A stretch of DNA of 64,000 nucleotides, from the NCBI GenBank assembly GCA_964016885.1, contig OZ024743.1, positions 24,366,001 through 24,430,000 on the forward strand, given 5' to 3'. Under the pieces are notes generated by a model. The model did not search any database, was not told where the DNA came from, and was given only the letters and a program-made list of their open reading frames with translations. Position 1 is the first letter of the stretch; each line of letters opens with the position of its first letter. Position numbers and translations under genes: made by a program. Source of the DNA: Eledone cirrhosa (taxonomy: Eukaryota). Shown piece by piece: positions 44,111-57,240 of this stretch.

Positions 44111-44874
44111 GGGGGGGGGGGCTATATTCCTTACTACCTTATTTGAGTCCACATCCGTAAATACATTGATTCGTGTATATATTGAAGTCTTGTTTGCTTA
44201 CTTTTTGTTATTTCTTTATTTTCAAACGCCTACATACATCACATACGGCTATTGGTGGTTGTCTTTAATTTTGAGACTGTTTTAAAAGAACGTTTACAAA
44301 TTGTCATGCCACCTGCAAATATATATACTGTTTTCTTTAGTATTTGATGTAATATTGGTCCTGCCCTGTGTTGTTTAGCGCCAAGTCAGTCGCGAACAAA
44401 AAGATTTACTATTAAAGGTATTTCGATCATGACTACTCCGTAATTGTTAACTTAGTATTATATCAATTATAACATTGGCCAAAAGTAGTCCCTTATTTAG
44501 GGACACAATTGATTTTATTTCTTGGAGATTTAACGACCGCATAGAATCTCCTTTTTTATTTGGATGTAATACAATATTCTAATCTCTGTGTAAGTTCTCA
44601 ATTATTTGGGGAATGGCATAGCCGCTATTTCTTCGATCTTCGTATATTACTGGTATTATCACTTATAACGTGATGGAAGAGAAGGCAACGTATAGTGAAG
44701 TTGAATTTGGTTTCAGATTCTAAAAGTAGTTTCGTCAATAATATATAATTATTTTGACTACTAATACCAGTTTTGCAATCCCTCGCATTTTAGAAGAAAC
44801 ATACAGATTGCAATGTGTGGTTGCTGTGATATATATATACAATTCTGTTTGTTTTAGTGTAATGTACAATAGGG

Positions 44875-45150
44875 AGGAGCACAAAGTCATATGGTTCAGT
44901 GGCTTGTGTGTTCGGCTCACGATCGCATCGTGTCCCCAAACAAGACACTTTTTTTTCACGTTGCTCCAGTTTCCTCAATGACAATAGTTACATATACCTG
45001 TAATTCAAAGAGTTAGCGTTGTCACACATTACGTCATGCTTAATCTACCTTGTAATATTCTCAGTCACTGGCACGTTAATTTCACAAGCGGGCTGTCCCG
45101 TCCATCGCAGCAACTGAAACAAATGTCATAGTTGGAACTGACGGAGATCC
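44875..45150 (+). mobile_element. SINE family B-like, diverged
   Basis: Contains TGGTTCAGTGG...CAAGACACTTTTTTTCACGTTGCTCCAG. Confidence 0.6.
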
Positions 45151-46029
45151 GACACACACACACATAGTGTTGCGTAATTAATTGGTAGAGATATATTTCA
45201 TTAGGATGAGTACACTTCCACTTAATGAAATTTAAATTGATTTTTTGTAATTAGATAAATAAAATATAATTGTTAAAAAAAAAAATTACATGGTCATTAA
45301 CGTGTTAAAATGTTTAATAACTTGCAATAGATGTGTTTACTTTTTGTTCATTAGGTATATTAACGGGGTAGATAATGAATTATCTTAAATTTTGGATGGA
45401 AATTTAATCCAAGCATATATATGAATCGGTCAGCTGCTGCGAGGTTTTGAAAGTTTTTTACAATGAAAAATAGTCTAATATTATTATATTGTTTTACTTT
45501 GGTAGGGCTATACTGCCAATAAAAACTGGCACGCTAGATGATTTTCACTTCAGATATTATTATTCGAGTAGCTAATCCATTCATGGGTTAATTTATTTAC
45601 CGAGTGGTGGTTCTTTCGTCACACATCCCATGACATTCTCAATAACTGTTCATGCACCTCTGTGTCTCCTCTTTGCTCTGATCTTGACCGATTCATTTCT
45701 CTTTAAGATGTCTACGCATGCGTGTGCGTTTGTGTGTACATTGGCTTCTACTTCCACGAGCTTCTGTGTTATGCATATATGTATGTGTGTTTGTACATGT
45801 GTGTGTATTCCTTCTCCTCCAGGTTTTTGCGCGTATCTTTCGCCTGACACTGAAACAAAAAATAGAAGAAAAACTACCTTGTCGTTTTTTTCGGCTGTAT
45901 GACCTACCCCAAGTATAACATGTATATATACACACACACGCACACACACGCACACACACGCACACACACACACACACACACGCCGGCACACACACGCCGG
46001 CACACACACGCCGGCACACACGCACGCAC

Positions 46030-46116
<87 letters not shown>

Positions 46117-46118
46117 AA

Positions 46119-46380
46119 TGTATGTATAGCATATTTAGCAATATACTGTATGTTTAATTTATCAAGACCACACTCAGTTGCCTACAATTCTCGGCAAAGG
46201 CAACTGAGTGTGTGTTCTTGATAAACGCTCACAAGCGAAAAGCAGACTGTCTGTCGGCCGCTCTCGCTTTAGCCGAGAATAAGTAAGTGACATAGTCACT
46301 ACTTTAAAACTCACAGCGAATAACCTTCTAAATGTTTTTAATTAAACATACAGTATGTTGCCAAATATACTATATATGCA
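46119..46380 (+). mobile_element. relative of the 31042-31446 element with inverted arms
   Basis: Shares GTAAGTGACATAGTCACTACTTTAAAA and AATTAAACATACAGTAT. Arms are ~40 bp, with an internal hairpin at 46160-46224. Confidence 0.6.
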
Positions 46381-46404
46381 TCTTGTATACATCGCTATTT
46401 CGGA

Positions 46405-46535
<131 letters not shown>

Positions 46536-46542
46536 TATATAC

Positions 46543-47506
46543 ATTAGCGTGGCCCTCATTTTTCAACTATCTTGTTCCAATCTATGCAAAATTTTAGCTC
46601 AAGCGGACAACTGCAAGCGGCCTCATCGTGAAACTTTGACCGTGAAATTTGGAAGTTTTCACCCGGAATGTCATTTTTTCAGATAAAATCTTTTTATCTC
46701 TTGGTATTAGAACGCAGAGCGCAGGTATAGGGCAAACACCGACTTTTCGCTGAGGGAGCAGCAACATTTTAACTTTTGTAAAATTACCTATTGCTAAGGG
46801 CCACCCTGTATATACGTATCTGGTTGACAGCTGAGAGAAATGAGTACTTGGTATTGAGTAATATATATATATACATATATACATATATACATATATACAT
46901 ATATACATATATAGTAAGGAGAGCAATGAGAAAAGGAATGCACGGAGAGGAAGGAGAAAATGTGAGCAATGAGAAAAGGAGAGCAAGTAGAACAACGAGA
47001 AAAGCAGCTGCCACTAAATCCTATCTCATGCAAAAATAATGGTTTAATGTCCAATATTCAGTGTTCACATTATGTTTTTGATTGTATAGAAATTATTGTT
47101 GTAAATAAAAATACGTTTCCCTTATAGAAGTTATGTGCTTTAATAAGAAAACCTAACATTTCTTAAGTTTTTCATGTTATTTCAGGAATTTTTCCAATTT
47201 TCTATTGGTAAGTTTGATTCTGAACGTTTTTAAACATTGGCTGGGGTTGCCTGGATGTGTCCAGATTAATTTCTCTAAGAAGAAAAAAGAAAATGGTCGA
47301 GATAGGGAACAGTATACCGCTTTTGAACAGAATTAATCGTTGTGTATACTATGTTCCAAATTCAAGGTGTTTGAGGATCCCCTAACAGTTGTCCCATTGA
47401 GCTAAAAGTTTGCACACCCCGTGTTGTTGTTCCTTGGAAAAGGATTAGTGGGAACAGCTAAATTTTAAATTTCGAAAAATTACCTATAGCTAAGGGCCAT
47501 CCTAAT
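46543..47506. mobile_element. possible DNA transposon/MITE remnants
   Basis: AAAATTACCTAT(T/A)GCTAAGGGCCA(C/T)CCT occurs at ~46780 and ~47476. The inverted ATTAGCGTGGCCCT is at 46543. Confidence 0.4.
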
Positions 47507-47570
47507 ATACATATATGACAAATTCAAGAACCCCATAGCTGAACTCCTGCCGTTTCAACAGCTAATATGC

Positions 47571-47938
<368 letters not shown>

Positions 47939-48089
47939 ATAATAATAAAATTGAAGACTAAAATCCAAAGAGGGCTCGATAAGGAAAATATATATCAAAT
48001 ATATAAGAACCGTAGAGCAAATATTTATTAAAATAACAGATTAAAGTTTAAGCAAAGAATCGCTGCTTTCACCCTTAAAAAACGTTTCG

Positions 48090-48914
48090 TTGAGGCTTTC
48101 CCGTCTTTCCACCAACGAGCGCATTTTCAACGACCATTCCACTTACTACAATGAAGCTCTTGCTCGAAGTGGATTTGTTGATAAGGTAGCATATACAGAG
48201 TACGAAAATAGACCTAGAAGAAATAGATCCCGTCGCATTTGTTGGTTTAACCCACCATATAATATGGAGGTGGCCACACCATTAGCTAAGATCTTTCTTT
48301 CCCTTATTACGAAGCATTTTCCCCCTACACATAAATATAGTAACATTTTTAATAGAAATACTATTAAAATTTCTTACTCTACGACTCCTAACCTTGCACA
48401 TAACATCATAGCTTCAAATTTAGCTAAACTACCTAGCCGTAGGAACACGTGCAACCCTGTAGTTAGTACTAACTGTAATTGTAGGAATCGGGCTGATTGC
48501 CCCCTATCCGGGAAATGCCTCTCTAGTAACATTGTCTACAAATGTAAGGTTGTAACACCCACGTCCCGTAGGGCCTACATAGGGTTAACCGCCAATAGTT
48601 TCAAGCAGCGTCTTTACATGCATACCCATTCTTTTCGTTACCCTCTAAGAAGGAATATGACGTCACTTTCAGCTTATATCTGGTGTCTAAAAGACAACCA
48701 CACCCAATATAAGTTACACTGGGAGATCCTAGCTAGGGCTAGATCGTATAACGGAAATAAAAGACCATGTGACCTCTGCGCCGCTGAGGCCCTGGAAATA
48801 CTCTACGCCAGGGACCACATCTTAAACAAAAAATCTGAGGCAATTTCGGCTTGTAAACATAAATTGCACAAAACTTTCCTGTATTACAGCCCCACGTTAT
48901 ACCCTAACGGATAG
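48090..48914 (+). CDS. PLE RT C-terminal linker + GIY-YIG endonuclease (partial, frame open)
   Basis: Motifs WFNPPY, CNCRNRADCPLSGKC, NIVYKC..YIGLT..FKQRLYMH, CDLC..E, LNKKSE..CKH. Confidence 0.88.
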   Translation: MRLSRLSTNERIFNDHSTYYNEALARSGFVDKVAYTEYENRPRRNRSRRICWFNPPYNMEVATPLAKIFLSLITKHFPPTHKYSNIFNRNTIKISYSTTPNLAHNIIASNLAKLPSRRNTCNPVVSTNCNCRNRADCPLSGKCLSSNIVYKCKVVTPTSRRAYIGLTANSFKQRLYMHTHSFRYPLRRNMTSLSAYIWCLKDNHTQYKLHWEILARARSYNGNKRPCDLCAAEALEILYARDHILNKKSEAISACKHKLHKTFLYYSPTLYPNG

Positions 48915-49831
48915 CACGATCTATACGTGGATATTTTACGTCTTGATGTGGGAGCTAAGTATATGTTTTGTTTATTCCTTTAATTATTTGCATAGGTAAG
49001 TATGTATTACCCGTATGTTTTGTGAAGGTATGTATACCTTCTCGTACGTATATTTGACTGTTATGGCGTATAATTTTTACATATTCTGGTATTTAGGGTT
49101 TGGCTATGTGTATACGGGAGTTTTGCGTCTGCGTGAGTATGCAGGTTCGTACGTATGGTGGGTGTGTGTATTTGTGTACTTCTTGTTTTAGTTGACTTAC
49201 GTCTCCAAACATTCGTGTATTTATTTGTAGGTATGTGTGTGCGCTTGTTATATACGTATTTATTTACCTATATACGTTTATATAATTATTTATTTATTTA
49301 TTTGTACACAAGCATACACACACACACATATTTATATGTGCGTGGTTTTGTATACCTATGGTAAGGTTTTGCGAATGCTTGTGTATGTACGTATCTGTTT
49401 GCGTGTATGTATTTATTTGTTTCTATTACTTCTGTATTGTATTTATTTACTTTGTTCTTAACTCTGTAGCGGAGATTCATTTGGTCTCCTAGTTAGAATT
49501 TTAGTCTACAACTTCTGCTTTACCTTTTACGTAGTTTTGTCTTTGCGTGCTATTGTTCTCCACGCTCCACATATGACGTATTATCTTCGTTTTTTTCGTT
49601 CATCGCCAGAGAACGTCTCTATGCACCACCTAAGAGAACATTAGTCTACGACCTCTATTATACCATAAACGTGGTTCTGTCTTTGCGCGTAATTGTTTTT
49701 CACCGCTCCTATTAATGACGTATTATTCGTTTTTTCCCGTTCTTAGCCAGCGAACGTTTCCACGAACCAAAGTATCGTCTTCCTGTCTTCCTCCGGTTGC
49801 AACGTTTTTTGAAATATCCAGTTCTGCGTTT

Positions 49832-49907
49832 ACAGATTGACTTTGTTAGTTTCAGAAGATCCCGTTAAGGGTGAAAGCAGCGATTCTTTGCTTAAACTTT
49901 AATCTGT
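49832..49907 (+). ncRNA. type-I hammerhead motif with U4A core variant and extended stem I
   Basis: Reads ACAGAUUGA-cuuuguu-AGUUU CAGAAGA UCCC GUUAA GGGU GAAA GCA..UGC UU AAACU UUAAUCUGU. Confidence 0.7.
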
Positions 49908-49918
49908 TATTTTAATAA

Positions 49919-50008
<90 letters not shown>

Positions 50009-50025
50009 AGAGAGAGAGAGAGAGA

Positions 50026-50533
50026 GATATTGTTATACTTTTGGAGGGTCATGTTTCCAATAAGAAACACACGTACCAGTTGCTTTCACATCTATTTATT
50101 ATAATAAATTTATAAATTTAGGAATATATAAATTTCCGGTTGGTTGGTTGTTTCCACAGATAGTTGTTTATATATTGTCAAAGTTCTTTCGTCACACATT
50201 CTGTGACTGGGGATTCTTTTCTTTGTTTTTTGTGCCCCTCCTTTGTTCTGTCCTACGCCATCTTCGTCATGGCGCCAGAAGATGGCATAGGACAGAACAA
50301 AGGAGAGGCACAAAAAACAAAGAAAAGAATCCCCAGTCACTGAAGAGGTCACAGAATGTGTGACGAAAGAACTTTGACAATATATAAACAACCATCTGGT
50401 TGTGGAACCAACCAACCAACCGGAAATTTATAAATTCCTAAATTTATAAATTTATTATAATAAATTGAAGTGAAAGCAACTGGTGCGTGTGTTTCTTATT
50501 GGTAACATGACCCTCCCAAAGTATAACAATATC
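50026..50533 (+). mobile_element. ~510-bp palindromic ORF-less element with a hammerhead-like motif
   Basis: ~240-bp arms around a ~13-nt loop near 50270. GUCA CUGAAGA G GUCACA..UGUGAC GAAA GAAC UU UGAC at 50336-50378. Confidence 0.75.
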
Positions 50534-50602
50534 GGTTTCAACACACGTTTTCAGATAAAGAATCTTGCTAAACAAATTCAGAAACGAAATATATATATAT
50601 AT

Positions 50603-51321
50603 ATATATTAAATGTATATATTGAGTTAGGTACACAGACTAGTCTCTTACAACAAAATAGCTCTAAGAAAGAGATATTTCTGAGCCGTATATTATAATAG
50701 AATATAAAAGAAAAAGAAAAACGAGCACAGATATATAGATATATGTGTTCAAATCGTAAGAGACCTGATTCGCTAAGGTGAAAAGAATACTAACTATAGA
50801 CAATTGGGTTCACTCGTCTCAATTTAAGAAAAAATTAAGAAAATAAATACAAACCGAAATTGTGGTAACTACCAATCACCCAGACAACTTGTTGTTTCGC
50901 AAAGTTAATTGTGAATAGAAATACTAATCCAAGCTCATCAGTGGGTGATAAATTAGTATCCTAGACACATCTATGTATGCTATATTTAAAAAATAAAACA
51001 GCGCACATGGAATCCTAGCGAGTCTCACAAACCCACACCACTAAAACTAGCAGCCAGGTTTACTCGACATTTGAAATAGCTCAACAAATTACCGGAGCCG
51101 AATATATTAAATCTATATATTGAGTTAGGAACTCAAAATAGTCTCTTACAACAAAATAGCTCTAAGAAAGAGATATTTCTGAGCTGTATATTATAATAGA
51201 ATATAAAAGAAAAAGAAAAACGAACACAGATATATAGATATATCAGGTCCCTTACGATTTGAACACATATATCTATATATCTGTATTCGTTTTTCTTTTT
51301 CTTTTATATTCTATTATAATA
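50603..51321 (-). mobile_element. ORF-less ~499-bp unit with partial tandem and partial inverted copies (pseudo-LTR architecture)
   Basis: 50603-50744 is repeated at 51102-51243. 51243-51321 is the reverse complement of 50692-50770. Confidence 0.8.
50875..50949 (-). ncRNA. canonical-core type-I hammerhead ribozyme motif
   Basis: Reads AUCACCCA CUGAUGA GC..GC GAAA CAAC AA GUUG UC UGGGUGAU, with an 8-bp stem I and a GUC triplet. Confidence 0.82.
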
Positions 51322-51515
51322 TTATATATATATATATATACACATATATATATATATGTGTATGTATACAAACAACTATGTGTTTCTCTATTGACATATA
51401 TCTATAAACATATATTTTTAAATTTGAATTATTTATGCTCTGAACAAAGTGTTCGTATATAGTATAACATACTGTAAGTAAAACAACTTTCCTAAATATT
51501 ATTCGGTAACTTAAT

Positions 51516-51707
51516 AATTGTTTCTACTACTTTTTGGCACAAGGCCAGCAATAACCAGTGCATTACTGGTACTTTATTTTATCGACCCCGTAAGGATGAA
51601 AGGCAAAGTTAACCTCGTCGGGGTTCGAACTCAGAATGGCAATGGCCGTAACTCTATGCGTCAAAGCATAGCGTCCGACCCTCTATCGATACTGTCAATT
51701 CACCGCC
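51516..51707 (-). mobile_element. SINE family A, full length
   Basis: Head GGCGGTGAATTG, core and tail are all present. Confidence 0.88.
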
Positions 51708-51744
51708 CTCGGTATTAATTATTCGATAACATAATAATAATGAA

Positions 51745-52389
51745 CTAGCTGGACCCGTGAAAAAATTCACGGATAATCTCCTCTCTCTCTATTATAACTC
51801 CCTCTCTCTAAATATATTAAAACCCCACTCTCTCTATATATAAACCCATCCATTTCTCTATATATTAAAACCACCCTCTCTATATATTATAATACCCCCT
51901 CTCATTAAATATACTATAACCCCCTTCTCTATATATTATAACCCATCCTTTTCTCTATATTATAACCCCTTCTCTCTATATATTATAACCCATCCCTTTC
52001 TCTATATTATAACCCCCTTCTCTCTATATATTATAACCCATCCCTTTCTCTATATATTATAACCCATCCCTTTCTCTATATATTAAAACCACCCTCTCTC
52101 TATATATATATTATAACACCCTCTCTCTATATATATATTTAACCCTTCTTTCTCTATACTATAACCTCCTCTCTCTATATTATAACCCCCTCTCTCTCTC
52201 CTTTCCAAACGTTGCAACTCTCTTTGATTTTCTTTCGCCGTAGATTTTCGTAGATTGTTTACCATCCCACTTCCATTGTTTTAGCACGTCTCACGGACGT
52301 CATTCGACTTTTGTTTATATTACTGAAAGCGTGACACACACGGTCGGACGTACGTACGGTACGTGAGTACAAACGTATTAATATATAGA
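51745..52389 (-). mobile_element. non-autonomous Helitron with an internal minisatellite
   Basis: Minus strand starts A|TCTATATATTAATACG and ends CCGTGAATTTTTTCACGG-GTCCAG-CTAG|T. Internal ~25-bp TATTATAACCCCTCTCTCTA repeats. Confidence 0.78.
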
Positions 52390-52889
52390 TATAAAAAATA
52401 CTGGTGGGCTGAAGAAGCATTTAATACTTTGAAATGTGAACAGTGTGCGTCCCAAAGCAAATGAATGTAACAATACTGCTTTACTGTAAATAATAATTTA
52501 CAAAACCCGGCAAAATTACCCCTGAAGACAGAAAAAGATGAAGTGGGGTGCCTGTGAGGAATCGAACCCCGCATCTGTTGAATGCTTTAACTAATACATT
52601 AACTAGCTGTCGGCAGCTTAGGCAAGTGTCATTTACCATAGCTTCAGTTCATTGCATGCCTTGTCAGTATATTGGGTAGACTGATACTGTTTGGAGGCCT
52701 GTTTACCACTAACTCAAACGTCCATTTTTGTAACAGTTTCACACTGAATTTCTTGGAAATTAAGTCAAGGGCACACGTCTCGGTGGAATGCTCAACCTTT
52801 TATTTATACGTTAATTTCACGACCAATCTGTGTCGTTAATTGAACAACTGGAACTCTCATCATCGAAACTGATGGAGGTGTATTCTAAG

Positions 52890-53935
52890 AGTAGTAGCAA
52901 TAGTAGCAGTGGTGATGGTGATGGTGGTGGCGGTGGTAGCAGTTATGGTGATGGTGATGGTGATGGTGGTGGTGGTGGTGGTGGTGGTATTAGCCATAAT
53001 GGTGGTGATGATGGTGGTGGTGGTAGTAGTAGCTGTAATGGTGGTGATGATAGTGGTGGTGATAGTAGTAGCAGTAATGATGGTGATGGTGGTTGTGGTA
53101 GTAGCAATAATGGTGGTGATGCTGGTGTTGGTGGTAGTAGCAGTAATGGTGATGGTGATTGTGGCGGTTGTAGCAGAAATGATGGTGATGATGATGATGG
53201 TGGTGGTAGTAGTAGCAGTAATGGTGGTGATGATGATGATGGTGGTGGTATTAGCAATAATGGTGGTGATGGTGGTGATGGTGCTGGTGGCAGTAGTAGC
53301 ACTAGTGGTGGTGATGTGGTGGTAGTGGTGGTGGCGGTAGTAGCAATATTGGTGGTGATGATGGTGGTGATGGTGGTGGTAGCAGTAATGGTGGTGGTGG
53401 CAGTAGTAGCAGTAATGGTGATGATGATGGTGGTGGTGGTGGTGGTAGCAGTAATGGTGGTGGTGGCAGTAGTAGCAGTAATGGTGATGATGATGGTGGT
53501 GGTGGTAGCAGTAATGGTGGTGGTGGCAGTAGTAGCAGTAATGGTGATGATGATGGTGGTGGTGGTGGTGGTAGCAGTAATGGTGGTGGTGGCAGTAGTA
53601 GCAGTAATGGTGATGATGATGGTGGTGGTAGTGATGGTGGCCGTAGTAGCAGTAATGGTAATGAAGATGGTGGTGGTGGTGGTGGTGGTGGTGGTGGCGG
53701 TAGTAGCTGTATTGGTGGTGATGATGGTGGTGATGGTGGTGGTAGCAGCAATGGTGGTGGTGGCAGTAGTAGTAGTAATGGTGATGGTGATGGTGGTGGT
53801 GGTGATGGTGGCGGTAGTAGCAGTAATGGTGGTGGTGGTGGCAGCGGTAGCAGTAATGGAGGTGATGATGGTGGTGGTGTCGGTAGTTGCCGTAATGGTA
53901 ATTATGATGGTGGTGGTGGTGGGTAGCAGCAACAA
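52890..53935. repeat. (GGT/GAT/AGT) trinucleotide-derived low-complexity tract
   Basis: Read directly from the sequence; includes ~57-60-bp higher-order units. Confidence 0.9.
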
Positions 53936-54071
53936 CAGTTAATTTTCAAATATTTTTACCTTATTCGATAATTTGATATATATTCGTCTTTATTTATTTG
54001 TTTGTCAGTTGCTTTATTCGATTGTTTATTTGTTTTTAAAAACTTAATTTCAATGTCCATATATATTCCAT

Positions 54072-56230
54072 TCCACACCATACAACTCTCCACATCATAC
54101 AACCCACCACACCATACAACTCACCACACCATACAACTCACCACACCATACAACCCAGCACACCATACAACTCACCACATCATACAACTCACCACATCAT
54201 ACAACCAACCACACCATACAACCCACTACACCATACAACCAACCACACCATACAACCCTCCACACCATACAACCCACTACACCATACAACCAACCACACC
54301 ATACAACCCTCCACACCATACAACCCACCACACCATACAACCCACCACACCATACAACCCACTACACCATACAACCCACCACACCATACAACCAACCACA
54401 CCATACAACCTACTACACCATACAACCCACCACACCATACAACTCACCACACCATACAACTCACCACACCATACAACCCAGCACACCATACAACTCACCA
54501 CACCATACAACCCAGCACACCATACAACTCACCACATCATACAACTCACCACATCATACAACCAACCACACCATACAACCCACTACACCATACAACCAAC
54601 CACACCATACAACCCTCCACACCATACAACCCACCACACCATACAACCCACCACACCATACAACCAACCACACCATACAACCCACTACACCATACAACTC
54701 TCCACACCATACAACTCTCCACACCATACAACTCTCCACACCATACAACCCACCACACCATACAACCCTCCCACCACACCATACAACCCTCCACACCATA
54801 CAACCCACCACACCATACAACCAACCACACCATACAACCCACTACACCATACAACTCTCCACACCATACAACTCTCCACACCATACAACTCTCCACACCA
54901 TACAACCCACCACACCATACAACCCTCCCACCACACCATACAACCCTCCACACCATACAACCCACCACACCATACAACCCAGCACACCATACAACCCACC
55001 ACACCATACAACCAACCACACCATACAACCCACCACACCAAACAACCCACCACACCATACAACCCTCCACACCATACAACCCACCACACCATACAACCCA
55101 CCACACCATACAACCAACCACACCATACAACCCACTACACCATACAACTCTCCACACCATACAACTCTCCACACCATACAACCCTCCACACCATACAACC
55201 CACCACACCATACAACCCTCCACACCATACAACCCTCCCACCACACCATACAACCCTCCACACCATACAACCCTCCCTCCACCCCATACCACCCGCCACA
55301 CCATACAACCCTCCCACCACACCATACAACCCACCACACCATACAACCCTCCCTCCACCCCATACCACCCACCACACCATACAACGCTCCCACCACACCA
55401 TACAACCCTCCCACCACACCATACAACCCACCACACCATACAACCCTCCCTCCAGCCCCATACCACCTACCACACCATACAACACTCCCACCACACCATA
55501 CAACACTCCCACCACACCATACAACCCACCACACCATACAACCCTCCACACCATACAACCCTCCACACCATACAACCCACCACACCATACAACCCACCAC
55601 ACCATACAACCCACCACACCATACAACCCACCACACCATACAACCCACCACACCATACGACCCTCCCACCACACCATACAACCCACCACACCATACAACC
55701 CTCCCACCACACCATACAACCCACCACACCATACAACCCTCCCACCACACCTTACAACCCTCCACACCATACAACCCTCCACACCATAGAACCCTCCCAC
55801 CACACCTTACAACCCTCCCTCCAGCCCCATACCACCTACCACACCATACAACACTCCCACCACACCATACAACCCACCACACCATACAACCCTCCACACC
55901 ATACAACCCACCACACCATACAACCCACCACACCATACCACCCACCACACCATACAACCCTCCCGCCACACCATACAACCCTCCCTCCACACCATACAAC
56001 CCACCACACCATACAACCCTCCCTCCACACCATACAACCCACCACACCATACAACCCTCCCACCACACCATACAACCCACCACACCATACAACCCTCCCA
56101 CCACACCATACAACCCTCCACATCATACAACCCTCCACACCATACAACCCTCCACATCATACAACCCACCACACCACACAACCCACCACACTATACAACC
56201 CGCCACACCATACAATCCTCCCTCCATACC
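54072..56230. repeat. 17-bp minisatellite (CACCATACAACCCACCA)n with 21-bp variants
   Basis: Read directly from the sequence, ~2.1 kb. Confidence 0.95.
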
Positions 56231-56236
56231 ACCAAC

Positions 56237-56268
<32 letters not shown>

Positions 56269-57240
56269 CAACCCCAGCACCACCACCACCACTACCAACA
56301 CCACCACCAACAACAACACCACCACCACAACCAATACCACCACCACCACCACCACCACTAACACCACCACCAAAACCACCACCGCAACCACCACCACGAC
56401 CACCACCACCAACAACAACAACAAACAACAGCACCACCACCACCACCACCACGCCACAACCACCACTAACATCACCACCACCACAACCACCACTAACACC
56501 ACCACCACCACCACTAACACCACCAACACCACCACCAACAACGACAACAACACCACCACCACTAACAACACCACCACCACTAACAGCATCACCACCACAA
56601 CCACCACTAACACCACCACCACCACCACTAACACCACCAACACCACCACCAACAACAACAACACAACCACCACCACTAACACCATCACCACCACAACCAC
56701 CACTAACACCACCACCACCACCACTAACACCACCAACACCACCACCAACAACAACAACACCACCACCACCACTAACACCATCACCACCACAACCACCACT
56801 AACACCACCACCACCACCACTAACACCACCAACACCACCACCACCACCAGCAAAACCACCACTAATACCACCACCACCACCTCCACCACAACCACCACTA
56901 ACACCTCCACCACTAACACCTCTACCACCACCACCACCACCACCATCACCACCACAACCACCGCTAACACCACCACCACCACCACTAACACCACCAACAC
57001 CACCACCAACAACAACAACACCACCACCACCACCACTAACACCACCAACACCACCACCACCACCAGCAAAACCACCACTAATACCACCACCACCACCTCC
57101 ACCACAACCACCACTAACACCTCCACCACTAACACCTCCACCACTAACACCTCCACCACCACCACCACCACCACCACCACCACCACCACCACCACAACCA
57201 CCACTAACACCACCACCACCTCCACCACCTCCCCCGCCAT
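56230..57240. repeat. (ACC/AAC) low-complexity tract
   Basis: Read directly from the sequence. Confidence 0.9.

Larger units (their letters stand above)
48024..49920 (+). mobile_element. 5'-truncated Penelope-like element with inverted pseudo-LTR
   Basis: GIY-YIG ORF remnant and ~1-kb 3' UTR. 48024-48078 is the reverse complement of 49865-49919. Confidence 0.92.

Noticed and set aside
50762-50790. HHR-like CTGATT..CGCTAAGGTGAAA resembling 40882-40903
   Set aside because: The core is incomplete and stems I and III cannot be formed.
52540-52630. tRNA gene on the minus strand (GGGGTTCGATTCCTC)
   Set aside because: Only a T-arm-like piece is present, with no convincing D or anticodon arms. It is likely a SINE head remnant.
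54002-55789. 595-aa His/Thr/Pro-rich ORF and antisense Gly/Val/Trp/Cys ORFs
   Set aside because: The 17-bp unit is not a multiple of three and several frames are open only because of base composition. No splice or start context supports a gene.
54072-56230. CRISPR-like array
   Set aside because: No unique spacers and no cas genes; the context is eukaryotic.
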